Assembly: GCF_001194135.2 (NCBI RefSeq)
Contig: NC_068990.1
Location: 29,571,209 to 29,635,208, forward strand
DNA length: 64,000 nucleotides
Direction: 5' to 3'
From: Octopus bimaculoides
Lineage: Eukaryota
In this document: positions 1-12,806 of the stretch, one piece after another
Numbering within the stretch: position 1 is the first letter of the stretch
Layout: each line of letters starts with the position of its first letter
Made by a program: the position numbers and the translations under genes
Notes under the pieces: model-generated
Databases searched by the model: none
What the model was told of the DNA's origin: nothing
What the model saw: the letters and a program-made list of their open reading frames with translations, nothing else

Positions 1-3000
1 TTCATCCAAACTTTCAAGATCCAACCTCAGATTTATCATCGCATTGTCTCTCTACTACCTCTGTCAAATGAATCACCAAAATTGGCCTTTCATTATTTAT
101 AATCTGTACCTGTTTGTTTGGTTATGAAATAAAATACACAAAACGTGTTTCTGAATTACGTGTATTTACTTTATATACATATGAGTTGAAAACTTTCTTC
201 TAGCATTCCACTTAATATCTATGTTCCATGCTGGCATGGATTGGAGAGTTATTAATGTAGAAATATGGTATCGTAGCTACTAACAGTTGAGGGTTGCGTA
301 GTCTAGACAGCGTCTTTAGATTTCATTATTCTCTTTAACCCTGGCAACGCCGGGTATTTCTGCTAGTTAATTTATAAAGTCAGACACACATTATCATCCC
401 CAGTGCAAATATACCCCTACTGGTCCTTATATACTTATGACTCACCCCTAATACTAAAATAGTTCACCACCCTTTGGTGGTTAAATGATTTACTGTTTCA
501 AGTTCTAACTGATGAAAGACCTCAATGAAATTAACCTTTTTTTCATGTATTTCCGTTGGACTGTGCTACTTTGATTTAAATTAATTTTTAAAATAAGGAA
601 GAAATTAGCAAAATAATTTTGTTGTTATTAAGCTGGTGATTGGAACACAAATTGACATGGAACTTTAATAGAAGGCTTTAATTTGAACCACTTTAAAACA
701 GTGAATTTGTGTAATAAAACCAGGGCTGGTCTCAGACAAGTTAATCTCAAGACAAATAATTATTGACTAGCAGGGAAGTTGTTTTGGTTCTAAGTGTTGA
801 TTATCTTAGTTCTGGCTTCCAAATAATAGCCTCTTGGTTTCATGCTGTTATCAAGTCTGCTATTAGTTTGGCTTTTATAATGACTGTTTTGTTGAAGTAA
901 CTACTCCTCCTCCTCCTCCTCCTCTTTTACCTCCTCCTCTTCCTCCTCCTGCTTTTCTCAGCTCTTGCTTAAGAACTTGTGAAAGACTGGCTGCTGTACA
1001 TTTAAGTCTCCTGGGGGTCATTGGGAGCATCATCTTGTCTTGAATTTCTCTTTTCAGATCTTGTGGGGTTCATCCTTCTCTAGGTCTGAGCAGGTGATTT
1101 TTTTTCCTGAAGACATTAAGTCAGACAACACGAAAGACACAAATCAACCTCAGTATAGAACTGGTACTTACTTTTTCAACCTTAAAAGGTATGAAAGGCA
1201 AAGTCGGCCTCAGCAGAGTTTGAACTCAGAGCTTAAAGAACCAGAATGATGACCACAAAGCAATTTATCTGACAATCTGATGACTCTTCCTGTCGGCTGC
1301 CTATTTCAATCGTTGCTTTTATCTATTTCGTTCAATTCCCTAGACACACCATCATGTTATATGACCACACCTAACCACTTCCATGTGGTTGTTTTCCTAG
1401 TTTTCTTCAACCCTTGGCAGACCCACGATCAAAATATGTTTCAACTGTGATCATCTCCTCTTGTTTCTCTCTCATCTCAGATTACATTATTTCCAATGTA
1501 TTTTGCTTCTTAAAGATGCGGGCATAACTGTGTGGTAAGAAGCTTGCTTCCCAACCACATGGTTCCAGGTTCAGTTCCACTACATAACACCTTGGACAAG
1601 CGTCTTTTACTATAGCCTCAGGCCGACCAAAACCTTGTAAGTGGATTTGGTCAATGGAAACTGAAAGTCTGTCATACATACATATGTATGTATGTATGTG
1701 TACCTTCACTGAAGAAGTATGGATGGCAAATTAATTTATTTTGCACATTGATACAGAAACTCAAGTATGAGGGTCACTACATAAATATTTTGTATTTTCA
1801 TTCCCTTTGAAATTGCTCTTATTCATGGTTTAGGCTTTAACTGCTCTTTCTAGCATGTAAGGTATCCTTTTAAAGGTCACCGCTTTCATGTATAAATACG
1901 TAAATTGTTTGTACACTATTATGTATGTATGTATGTATAACATTGTGTGTGTGGCTTTGTCTATTTGTCCCCCACCACTACTTGTCCTCGTAACTTAGCA
2001 GTTCAGCAAAAGGGTCCAATAGAATGAGTACCAGGCTTTAAAAAAAAGTATAATTACTGGGGTCAATTCATTCAAAATTCTTTGAGGCAATGCTCCAGCA
2101 TGGCCACAGACTAAACCAAGCAATGGAGAGAAAATAATAGACTATAAGTTGCAGTTTGAGAGAGATTTGACTACTTTTTCTAGCAGGTTGAGTGTCCATG
2201 TAGACAGGCACTTGTAGGACTTCAGGTTTTCTGCTCAGCCTGTGTCAATGTGGGAGCCTTGTAATGGTGACGAACAAGAATTTATGAAAGGTAGGCTGGT
2301 GTAATCCAACCTAGTTTCATATGATAGTGCTGCCCTCTATTTCCTTTGCGGTTCACATATAAACAATGTTGTTTTTATGGTATTTATTGGTTTGTATGTG
2401 TTTGTTTGTTTGTTTGTTTTGTTTTGCCAGACAGCCATCTTTGTTCTGCTTCAGTAGAGATAAAACATGTTCCACCCATGACTGTCAAATGTTTTTGTTT
2501 GTTTCGCTTTATGTGCAGGCAACCATGGACCTCATTAACTAAGTTTTTCCATTTTTCAGATGGTACAGTGTGATTTGAAGGAGATTCAACTGCTATATCT
2601 AGCAAGTTGAATGACCATTCACTCCACATATTTTAGCTGTAGCCATCTTTATAGGAAGACAACCCTCTTAATATAATTGTCCTTTTGTCACCCTATTTCT
2701 GTTGGAATACACTGTGTTTCATTGAATTTTGAAAATAAAATAATGTCCAATTTAGTAAACTTTGTCCTTATTAAACTAGTGTTAAAAGCACACAAATTAA
2801 CATGAAATTGTGATGGATTGTTTGAATTTAAATACTTCAAAATCAGGAAGTATCACATACACAGAGGTTATTTCAAGCAGGTTGGTATCTAAACACTTGA
2901 CAAATACTTAAGGTCACTGCTTCCCACCCTAAAGTGGCAAGCTGACAGAACCGTTAGCACACTGGGAAAATGCTTGGCAGCGTTTCTTCCATCTTTATGT

Positions 3001-4020
3001 TCTGAATTCAGATTCTGCCGAGGTGGACTTTACCTGTCATCCATTTGGGGGTGAGTAAAATAAGCACCAGTGAGTGCTGGGGGGGTCAATGTAATTGACT
3101 AACCCCATCATCATCATCATTGTTTAACATCCATTTTCCATGCTGGCATGGGTTGGACAGTTTAACTGAGGTCTGGAGAGCCAGGAGGCTGCACCTCAGA
3201 CATTGTCCTTCTGTCATGTTGTATGCTAAATAAATCTGGCCACAGATTTATAAGAGGCTAATCTACTTTTTTGTCTGGTGCAGTAGCCATCTTTATTTAT
3301 TTATTGCCCCTGAGTAGATTTAGGATCGAAATTGTTCTATCCTTCTAACCATTCCCTCTGATTAGGATTATATATTATCATTCCCATTTTAAGAAGGTGG
3401 AGTCGAGTATTTCAGCTGCTATTTCTTGCTGATTAACTGACCATGTCGAGGCTCTCAGTCATTAGCTTGTGCTGACGTAAATGATGTATGTGAAAAATTG
3501 CAAAGAAATTGGAATTTATCCCTTGGAAGAAAGAAAGCGAATAAGTTCTGGCAGTTGTCTGTGATTTTTGCAAAGGCACCTGATTTAGTGGTCAGTGTAT
3601 TCCCCTCAAAGTTGTAAGATTGTAAGTTCAATACCCAGTGGCACAATGTGTCCTTCAGCAAGGCATTCTATTTCACATTACTTCAGTGCACTCATCTGGA
3701 AAAAACGTGTGTACCTGTAATTCAACCTTGTCACATTTTGTGTCATGTTGAATCTCACTGAGAACAATGTTATGGTTATGCATGTCTGTGGAGTGCTCAG
3801 CCACTTGTACATTAATTTCACAAGCAGGCCATTCTGTTGATTGGGTCAATTGGAACCCTTGTTATCGTGACCAACGGAGTGTCAGGTAACAGCTGTGAAC
3901 ATATTTTAGTCTTATTAGATTTTATCTGTGAACAATGAAACAGACAGTTCTATATTTAAGAGATGAGGAATTATGTACATTATTTACATTTGATGGATAT
4001 TTGTCCTCATCTTGTTTGTT

Positions 4021-4066
4021 AACACAACATTTCGGCTGATATACCTTCCAGCCTTCATCAGGTGGC
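4021..4066 (-). ncRNA. Minimal type-I hammerhead ribozyme motif (HH-1)
   Basis: GCCAC CUGAUGA A GGCUG-gaagguauau-CAGCC GAAA UGU U GUGUU; one distal stem I mismatch. Confidence 0.65.
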
Positions 4067-4113
4067 TTGGGGAAATTTCAAGCCTGAGTTCTCATTCTTA
4101 AGGTATTTTTTGA

Positions 4114-4163
<50 letters not shown>

Positions 4164-4349
4164 TCACTGCTTGGAATTGAACTCAGAATCTTGGGGTTAG
4201 TAGCCCGTGTTCTTAACCACTATGCCATATGCCCGTGGGCTACTAACCCCAAGATTCTGAGTTCAGTTCCAAGTAGTGACCTGAATAATAATAATAATAA
4301 CATCGAAAAATACCTTAGGAATGAGAACCCAAGTTTGAAATTTCCCCAA

Positions 4350-4395
4350 GACACCTGATGAAGGCTGGAGGGTATATCAGCTGAAACATTGTGCT
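4350..4395 (+). ncRNA. Damaged hammerhead motif (HH-1)
   Basis: GACAC CUGAUGA A GGCUG...CAGCU GAAA CAU U GUGCU; C-A mismatch in stem III and one stem I mismatch. Confidence 0.5.
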
Positions 4396-5335
4396 AATAA
4401 CAAACAAGATGAGGACAAATATCCATCAAATGTAAATAATGTAAATGAAAGAGACTTCTCAAACTTGTTGAACAATGGATGACTGTTAAAAAGAAAAAAG
4501 TGTTACGAAGAATTTTATGCATTTTAATTTGAACAATGAACTAAGGGAAATAATTCAAATGGACCACTGACATGAAATTGGATAAGCCAAATAGGCACGT
4601 AGGTGGGTGAGTGGTAATATATTGACTGCCATATTTATAATAGGTTCTAAATGGATTTGAAGTTGGAGAAATAGAATAGAACTTTGATAGCAGTTGTTAA
4701 CACCTTTGTTAACATGTGTCACATTGTCACATGAAACTCTCCCCCACCGCACTCCTATGCCATTGTAGTTCCTTTTCAACTCCTTCATGTCACACATCAT
4801 CCCAACCATGCCACACGCTACTCCCACCCACTGTTTTTTTTTCTTTTGTTTTGACAACCAACTTCTCTTCTGCACCCTTTGCAGTCTTTGCTCCTGTTTA
4901 TTACACGTTAAAGAAACAAGCTGTCGTGTAAAAAACAAAAAACGTGTGTGTGTGTGTGTGTGTGTATGGTAATTTCTGTCCTTCTCTATGTTCTCAAACT
5001 TCCATGTTGGCCATTTCTGCTTCTGCTTATCACAGTAGGTTTATATAATCAGAGTGCTGGCCAACGGACCCTACCGTTGCAGTTATCATCATCATTTAAC
5101 GTCTGTTTCCCTTGCTGGCATGGGTTAGACAGTTCGACTGAAAACTGGTAAGCTGGGAACCCTGCTGTACTTTTACACCACAACTTTCTCTCACTCTTTC
5201 TTCCTGTTCCTGTTTCTGTATTTCAAAGGGCCAGCTTCTCAGCCACTGGCACGTTAATTTCACGAGCAGGCTGTTCCGTTGATCGGATCAACTGGAACCC
5301 TCGACGTCATAAGCGACGGAGTGCCACAATATATA

Positions 5336-5547
5336 CAAGGGAGTGCTGAAAGGTTCCTGGCTTAGAGTAAAAGAAAATACTGGAGGATCAGTCAGTTAAT
5401 TATGGTTTTATTCAACATATTCCCCTCTAAGATTCATACAGTTATTGCAGTGGGCCTTTAGTTTTTCTAAGCCCAGTAAAAGAACTTGAAAGTTTGGGCC
5501 TTTCGCAATAACCTCAAAGCCAGGCATTTTTCAGCACCCCCCCCCCC
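5336..5547. mobile_element. mariner-like MITE
   Basis: gggagtgctgaaaggttcctggctt / aagccaggcatttttcagcacccc inverted termini; the right end runs into a gap. Confidence 0.6.
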
Positions 5548-8500
5548 NNNNNNNNNNNNNNNGCCCCCCCCCCCCCCTCATATGACAGCTACCAGTACAG
5601 AGGGGAAGATATCTGACTTGAGCAGAGATTGAACTCAAAAACATAAAGTACTGAACTAAACATTACTCTATCTGTTATGCTGCTCTTCTAATACTATTGC
5701 TGGTAGATTAACTAGATCGGTAGAGCAACAGATGAAATGCCTTGTGGTGTTTTTTTTTTTTTTTTTTTTTTTTATATATAGTTAGATCGCTACTATGTTC
5801 TATGTTTAAATCCTCCCAAATGTGATTGTCTTTTATCCTTCCGACATTTATAGACTAATACTAACGAAGTGCCTGGATTAATTAAACTGGCTGCCCATCA
5901 CCTCCACCCCCACCCCCAATTATGTCTATAAGATAGCTTACTTCATTGTTTTCTTTTTGACTGTATGCAAACACCTTTTGTACTCCCTGCCTTCCATCCC
6001 CTCCCCCAATGTTATTCTTGTCTTCTTTTTGTTTCAACCCCCACCCCTCACATCTCCACACATTTTGCTGTCCTTGTATCGCCAGTCTTTTAACTGGCTG
6101 GACCACTTTACTCTTTGGGAAAGACACTTTTGGAACCATGCCTACATTTATTTACACACCGACTGCATTGCATGTAAGACTCCATCTCCTTCCTCTTCTG
6201 CCTTTGCTGTTTGTTGTATTACTTTTTCTTACATAAATAATATGTGGATTTGTATGTGTGAGAGACAGTAATAATAATAATAATAATAATAATGCTTTCT
6301 ACTAAAGGCACACGGCCTATAATTTGGGGGGTGGGGACTAGACAATTACATCAAACCCCAGTGTTTCAGTAATACTTAATTTATCGAATCTGAAAGGATG
6401 AAAGGCAAGGTTGACCTTAACATAATTTCAACTCAAAACATAAAGGCAGATGAAATACCACTAAGCATTTTTCCAGGTGTGCTAATGATTTTGCCAGCTT
6501 GCTGCTTCAATAATAATAATAATAATAATCCTTTCTACTGAAGGTATAAGGCCTTGAAATTTTGAGGGAGGGGACTAGTTGATCATATCAACCCTAGTGT
6601 TTTACTGGTACTTTATTTATGGCTTGTGCTATTTGTTCTGATTCTTTGTTTCATCCCACGGGCCAAAATAAAGAACCGGTCATGTACTGGGGCTGACTGA
6701 CACCCATCTTTCAAAACTGCTGGTCTTGTACTTAAAAACCATTATTTTTATCCAATCCTCTGCCTTTGAAAGTGCCACTCTCATCAGGAGACCTGTTCTT
6801 TTGGGAGGAAGGTGGGGAATATATACACCATTGAAACCAGGAAACTGGCCCTCGTGTGCCTGGCATAAGCTCAATTTGCAGATTGACCCACAAAATACTT
6901 TCTAATATTTTTGTCATATCACTTCCCATTCTGAGTTCAGATTGCACCTGTGTTCATTCGTTTATGTTTAATCAGTTAGACACCTCCTCCAAAATATGTA
7001 ACCATATCACTTTTTGAAGTTATCTCTGCAGACTTTTTTAGTTGCTATCTAAGCAATGTATGTGGAGGTATGTGGCTTAGTGGTTTGGATGTTGGGCTCC
7101 TGATCGTAAGATTGTGGTTTCAATTCCTGGACTGAGCGATGCATTGTGTTCTTGAGCAAGACACTTCATTTCATGTTGCTCCAGTTCACTCACCTGGCAA
7201 AAATGAGTAATCCTTCAACAGCCCAGCGTCCCATCCAGGTGGGGAATATAAACACCATTGAAACCAGGAAACCAGCCCCCATGAGCCAGGCATGGCTCAA
7301 GAAAAAAAGCATTTTTTTAAATTATTTTTTTTATCTAAGCAATATAGTCATGGCTGGTTAATTGGTCAGATGTGGTGCTGACGAAGAAGAAATAACAACT
7401 AAATTATCCATATACAGCCATTACCTATTTTTCTGTCTTCGATCACATCATTTACATAGAAGTATTCCTGTATGAAACATCATAACTTTCAGTGTTGACT
7501 CTAAATTCTATAGAAAGTCTGTGGAGATAACTTCAAAAAGTGACTGGATCGCACTGCTAACACAGGTAGGACACAGTATTGACTTATAAACCTTTTATAT
7601 AGTTTGTAGTGATGATGATGATGCAGTTAGTATATTACGGTTCCTCAACCAAATATGGAGTCCTTACTGGTGATTGATATGTTGTCATATGTCTATGACT
7701 GAAATTTAGGGAGACACGGTGTTATGCAGTGATATTTGTGTAATTGAGGAATATTTTGTTTGTTTAGAGAGTAGACCGAGCATCATTTTCTAAGATCTCC
7801 AGGAATTTGCTGGGTCATCAGAATTTCAATCTCTGAGTAATACCTCTAAAGCAATTGCCAAAATAGATCAGAATCAGTTTGTGTTCTGAAGGAAAGGGAT
7901 TCTGTTATCTTTGGGAGTGTCTTTTGGTATATGAGAGAGAACGCTTTGAAAGTGATGGAACCCCCCCCCTTTTTTTTTTTATTATTTGTGTGGGGGGTAT
8001 GGTGCATACATACACACACACTCATACATACATGCACACCACACACATACATTCATACACACACTAATACACATACATACACACACATACATGCATACAC
8101 GCATGCATACACACATGTATACATACACACACATACACACACACATACATACACACATGCATACACACACACCACACATACATACATCCATACATGCAGG
8201 TGTAGCTGTGTGATTGAGATGTTTGCTTTGTAAACACATGGTTTTAGGTTCAATCCCCTGTGTAGCACCTTGAGCAAATGTCTTGTACTATAGCCCTGAG
8301 CTGATCAAAGCCTTGTCACTGGGATTGGATTCAGTTGATGGAAACTGGAAGAAGCCTGTTTTGTATCAATATGTGTGTGTGTTAGTGTCTCCCTATCTTG
8401 TCATTACATGGTAGTTGTAAATGAGCGTCACATTCATTTCCAATCTTCCATGAAGACCTGTTGGGCTGGGGTGGAATATTACCCCACTTGGAAACAGATA

Positions 8501-9227
8501 AGAGTTGGCAACAGGAAGAGCATTCAGCTGCAGAAAATCTGCCTCAAGAAATACCATCTGAGCCATGCAAACATGGAAAAGTGGATGATGAGATTGGGAT
8601 CTGTCTGGAGAAACTGGCACAAGACATGATTCTGGTTCCTCTAGTTTGCCTCGTTATTAACTGAAATTCTTAATTACTTCATTGTTAAATAGTTGATGTT
8701 GTGAATTATTCTCACCTGCAAAAACATTGGCTTAATGATTTAAATACCAATCTGTCTGTGACCACCCCTCGTTCAATGATACTTCTTGTTTAACCTTTTA
8801 ACATTTCTCCCTGTTTTATGTTCAAACTGACCAGATCCAGCCTCTCACACCTACCCTACAATGTCATACTAAAAATAAACTGTCACATCATTGAAATCGC
8901 AAAGCTACAAGAGATTAATTAATTTATTAAAACCAATGTGAGTAAATAAGTATTACATTTGACAGAGTAATCATGAATGCCAAAAAGCATAGAAAGATTA
9001 TTTTTTTAAATTTGTTTTTCAAAATTAATTGCAAATAAAAGTAGTTTATTTCATCAGAAACCTGGTAACAAAAGGGTCAGTGATAAACTGCCCCCATCCA
9101 TTCCAGAATAGAAAAGTGGGTGCCTCTCCTATGACTTAACTGACTCCTCATAAAATGAAATCTAAGCTCACCTAGATGATATTTAAACCTCATGATTAAT
9201 CCTTAAGCTTATTACTTTGGTTTAAAG

Positions 9228-9846
9228 CAGTAGTTCTCAACACCAGGGTCCATATAAGGGTTTCTTGTTAAAATTTATCTGTGATCAGCAATATCAAAAT
9301 CAAATCAAATGAAGATTGTAGTTGTGAGCCCTGTGTCAGTAGACTTAAAAAGCACCATCCGAACGTGGCCGATGCCAGTGCCACTTTGACTGGCTTCCAT
9401 GCCGGTGGCACATAAAAAGCACCATCCGATTGTGGTTGATGCCAGCTCCTCTGGCCTCTTGTGCCAGTGGCACGTAAAAAAAGCACCCACTACACTCTCG
9501 GAGTGGTTGGTATTAAGTAGGGCATCCAACTGTAGAAATATTGCCAGATCAGATTGGAGCCTGGTGCGGCCTCCTGGCTTGCCAGACCCCAGTCGAACTG
9601 TCCAACCCATGTCAGCATCGAAAATGGACATAAAACAACAACGATGATGATGGAACTGGTTATATTTCTACAATGCTCAAAATATTTAAAGAATTTTTTT
9701 TTATTCAATTTCTAATAATATTTAATTCTAAAAATATGATAAATAAGGATTTTTTTTTTAACCATCAAATGGCTGTGAGGGTCCATTTGAATGAAATATG
9801 AATCAAAGAGGATTTGCAGGTCAAAAAAGGGGGTTGAATTCCACTG
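9228..9846. mobile_element. hAT-like MITE interrupted by a SINE
   Basis: Termini cagtagttctcaac / gttgaattccactg; 8-bp TSD gtttaaag/gcttaaag (one mismatch). Confidence 0.65.
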
Positions 9847-9890
9847 GCTTAAAGTGTTCACAGCCTAACTTGTCTATTTTCTGTTTTCAG

Positions 9891-9986
9891 ACTAATTTAC
9901 CAGTTTTCAAGTTAAAAGATTCTAGTGTCCGTCGACGTTACAGTGACTTTGAATGGTTAAGAAATGAACTTGAACGAGACAGTAAG
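9891..9986 (+). CDS. SNX3: Sorting nexin 3/12 (PX domain), internal coding exon (equivalent to vertebrate exon 2)
   Basis: ttttcag|ACT...AAG|gtaagt; 96 nt, phase 0/0; encodes [32 protein letters not shown] with the PX RRYSDF motif, near-identical to recalled SNX3/SNX12. Confidence 0.97.
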
Positions 9987-10539
9987 GTAAGTTTTACAAG
10001 TTTCATTACAATTCTGTGGATTCTATCTCTTCTGTTTCTTGAATGTTGAATTTATTGCTAGCACCACATACAAAAAAAAAAAAGGTGCCAATTATACTAG
10101 GGTGTGCCATCATCATCATTTAACATCTATTTTCCATACTGACATGGGTTAAAATTATTAACTATCGTACCAACAACCACCTTGAGCACCTTTTTGAGCT
10201 ACATGGCCATCACATGTGGGCATGCCTACAAAGTTAGAAAACCGCACAGCTCCCATGACTTTTGGAAACAACTTTTCACTCTCAGAATTGCTGCATCAGT
10301 TGTTAGTTGCCGAGACATTGCATCCTTTAAAACCTGCATGCTTCCTGAAATTTCCCAACACTACACCTGATATCCCCACCCCACCTCCATACGCATGCAC
10401 ACATGTATATCATGACTCCTACACTGTTCACTTTCCTGACTTTCGTACATAATTCCATGTACTGTACATGCACCTTTGATGAGTTGTAATACACATGGGA
10501 CACTAAACTCCACTTGCGAAAACCTGTTGAGGCAAGTGA

Positions 10540-11010
10540 AATCGAAATCGAACTAAATTCGACGACTGGCACCCATGCCAACGTCGTCTCCTTCATTGGA
10601 CACGAAACTCAGCTTGCAAAAACTTATTGGGGCAAGCGAAAGCGAAATCGTGATGGCACCTGTGCCCAGCGTCGCCTTTCTGGAACTTGTGCCCGCGGCA
10701 TGTGTAAGGACTTTCGAGAGAGATCGTTGCCAGTGCCCCTGGACGGGCTCTTGTGCGGGTGGCACATAAAATACACCATTTTGAGCGTGGCCGTTGCCAG
10801 TACCGCCTGACTGGCCTTCATGTCGGTGGTATGTAAAAGCACCCACTACACTCTCTGAGTGGTTGGTGTTAGGAAGGGCATCCAACTGTAGAAACTCTGC
10901 CAAATCAGATTGGAGCCTGGTGTAACCATCTGATTTCACCAGTCCTCAGTCAAATCATCCAACCCATGCTAGCATGAAAAGCAGATGTTAAACGATGATG
11001 ATGATGATGA
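10540..11010 (+). mobile_element. SINE-like family A (3' end ...ggcgttaggaagggcatccagc...cccatgctagcatggaa...gttaaac(GAT)n), representative copy
   Basis: More than 25 copies on both strands, e.g. 9297-9650, 12320-12690(-), 20052-20315, 21945-22333(-), 27892-28270(-), 32712-33185(-), 37790-38385, 41315-41630(-), 56230-56535, 57715-58005, 61015-61345, 63335-63535(-). Confidence 0.85.
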
Positions 11011-11729
11011 TTATTATTATTATAGATGGTTTGACGTGGACTAGCAAGCTAGAGAGCTGCTCCAGGCTCCATTTTGTCTGTTTTGGCTGAGTTTCTACAG
11101 CTGGATGATGCCCATCCAAATGCCATCCACTCTATACAGTGTTCTGGGTGCTTTCTTATGTGGCACCATCATGGACAGGGTCACTAAGTACCTTGTACAA
11201 CAAAAACCCCTCAACTGGGAGTTGTGTGGGGAGTAGTATTCAGTGGAGTGGCTTTGTACCGTCTGTGAGATTTAAGGTATTGAAGGGGCAGATATAGGTG
11301 TCTTGTAGAGTAGTCAGCCATCAGAGATTCTGTGCATGCACGCCCCCCCCCCCACACACACATGTTCTTGTCCTGATGGATCCAGCTTTCACCCACTCTT
11401 TAGTACTAACTGAGCCATGCTTGGCTGTCATTGGAATGGAACTTATTACTTCCCAGTTTTGTGGTGTCATGTTCAGTCTCTGTGTGTGCCACCTTGGTAA
11501 GTGTCTTCGGCCGTAGTGCCAGGTCAACCCAATTCTTGTGAACGTATCCAGCAGACAGAAAATCAAAAGAAGGCAGTCATATATGGGTGTGGGTATCTGG
11601 TGAATTCATCTACAACCACACACACACAACCATACACAACCATACGACCACACACACGTACAACCTCACACACATACATACAACCTTACACACACACACA
11701 CACACACACACATACAACTACACACACAC

Positions 11730-11835
11730 GCATACAACCACACACATGCATACAACCACACACATGCATACAACCACACACATGCATACAACCACACCGA
11801 CACATACAACCACACCGACACATACAACCACACAG
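11730..11835. repeat. 18-bp minisatellite derived from CA-rich sequence
   Basis: (catacaaccacacacatg)3 followed by (cacatacaaccacaccga)n. Confidence 0.85.
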
Positions 11836-12765
11836 ATAAATTGTTATAAACGAATTCACCTAAAACCATGAGTATGTGTTTATGTCTCTCCTTCTCTTGA
11901 CATCATCCCATGCTTATAAATGAGTGTCACCCACATAGAAATTGTGTCTGTTGTTCCCAGTCTTCTCTAAAAGCATCTCTGACCATGGAAAAATTATTGG
12001 CTTGCTTGGAAACAGGCAAGAGTGAGTGACAGGAAGAGCATCCATCTACTGAAACTTTGCCTCAACAAATTCTCTCTGATTCAAGTAAACAGGGAAATGT
12101 GAATGTTAAATGATGATCATTATCTCTCTCTCTCACACACGAACCAACAGAAAAACTAACCCTTTCCTTTCAGTTTCTTTGTCTACCAATGGTTTGCTGT
12201 CTCACTACTTCAGCTTTGCACAGCAACCATGTCTCAAGGAGGTGCTTCTGAATCTTCTCCACAGATAAATTTCATTTTATGACTATTTTTTATTATCAAC
12301 TCATTGTCTTATTAGTAATCATCATCATCATCGTTTAAAATCTGCTTTCCATGCTGGCATGGGTTGGACAGTTTGACTGGGGTCTGGCAAGCCAGGAGGC
12401 TGCATCAGACTCCAGTCTGATCTGGCAGGGTTTCTACAGCCGGATGCCCTTCCTAACGCCAACCACTCCGTGAGTGTAGTAGGTGCCTTTTGCGTGCCAC
12501 CGGCACAGGGGTCAGAGGTGGCTGGCATCAACCATGATCAGATGGTGCTTTTTACATGCCACCAGCACAGAAGCCAGTCAAAGTGACACTGGCATCTGCC
12601 ACGTTTGGAAGGTGTTTTTTACGTGCTACCGGCACAGGGGTCACAACTACAATTTCGATTTGATTTGATTTTGATATTGATGTTGATGTGGGCAATAAAC
12701 TCACTCCTGGTTACTGAAGGCAAACAAGGTCTGGAACATGTGCTCGATTGTCCGCGTGTGTGTGT

Positions 12766-12806
<41 letters not shown>

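Larger units (their letters stand above)
3944..4443. mobile_element. Family HH-1 locus 1: full tRNA-headed hammerhead element on - (3944-4234) plus 5'-truncated inverted copy on + (4235-4443)
   Basis: Long inverted arms; head on - reads ggcatatggcatagtggttaagaacacgggctactaaccccaagattctgagttcaattcc; both arms contain CTGATGA-AGGCTG...CAGC(C/T)-GAAA. Confidence 0.85.

Noticed and set aside
509-530. CTGATGA...GAAA motif
   Set aside because: The intervening sequence cannot form stem II; it lies in a common MITE-like repeat.
7846-8277. His/Thr- and Val/Cys-rich ORFs (also 11501-11871, 21451-21909, 28539-28864, 61954-62224, 62480-62661)
   Set aside because: Translations of CA/TG, CATA and CAT/CAC microsatellites.
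9268-9708. Recurring ORFs with LQLDALPNANHSESVVGAF (about 20 across the window)
   Set aside because: Chance reading frames of SINE family A; frames and stops are not conserved between copies.
1-9890. SNX3 first coding exon
   Set aside because: No sequence matching the expected N-terminal FLEIDV...YE motif with a donor site was found by eye; it is probably upstream of the window.
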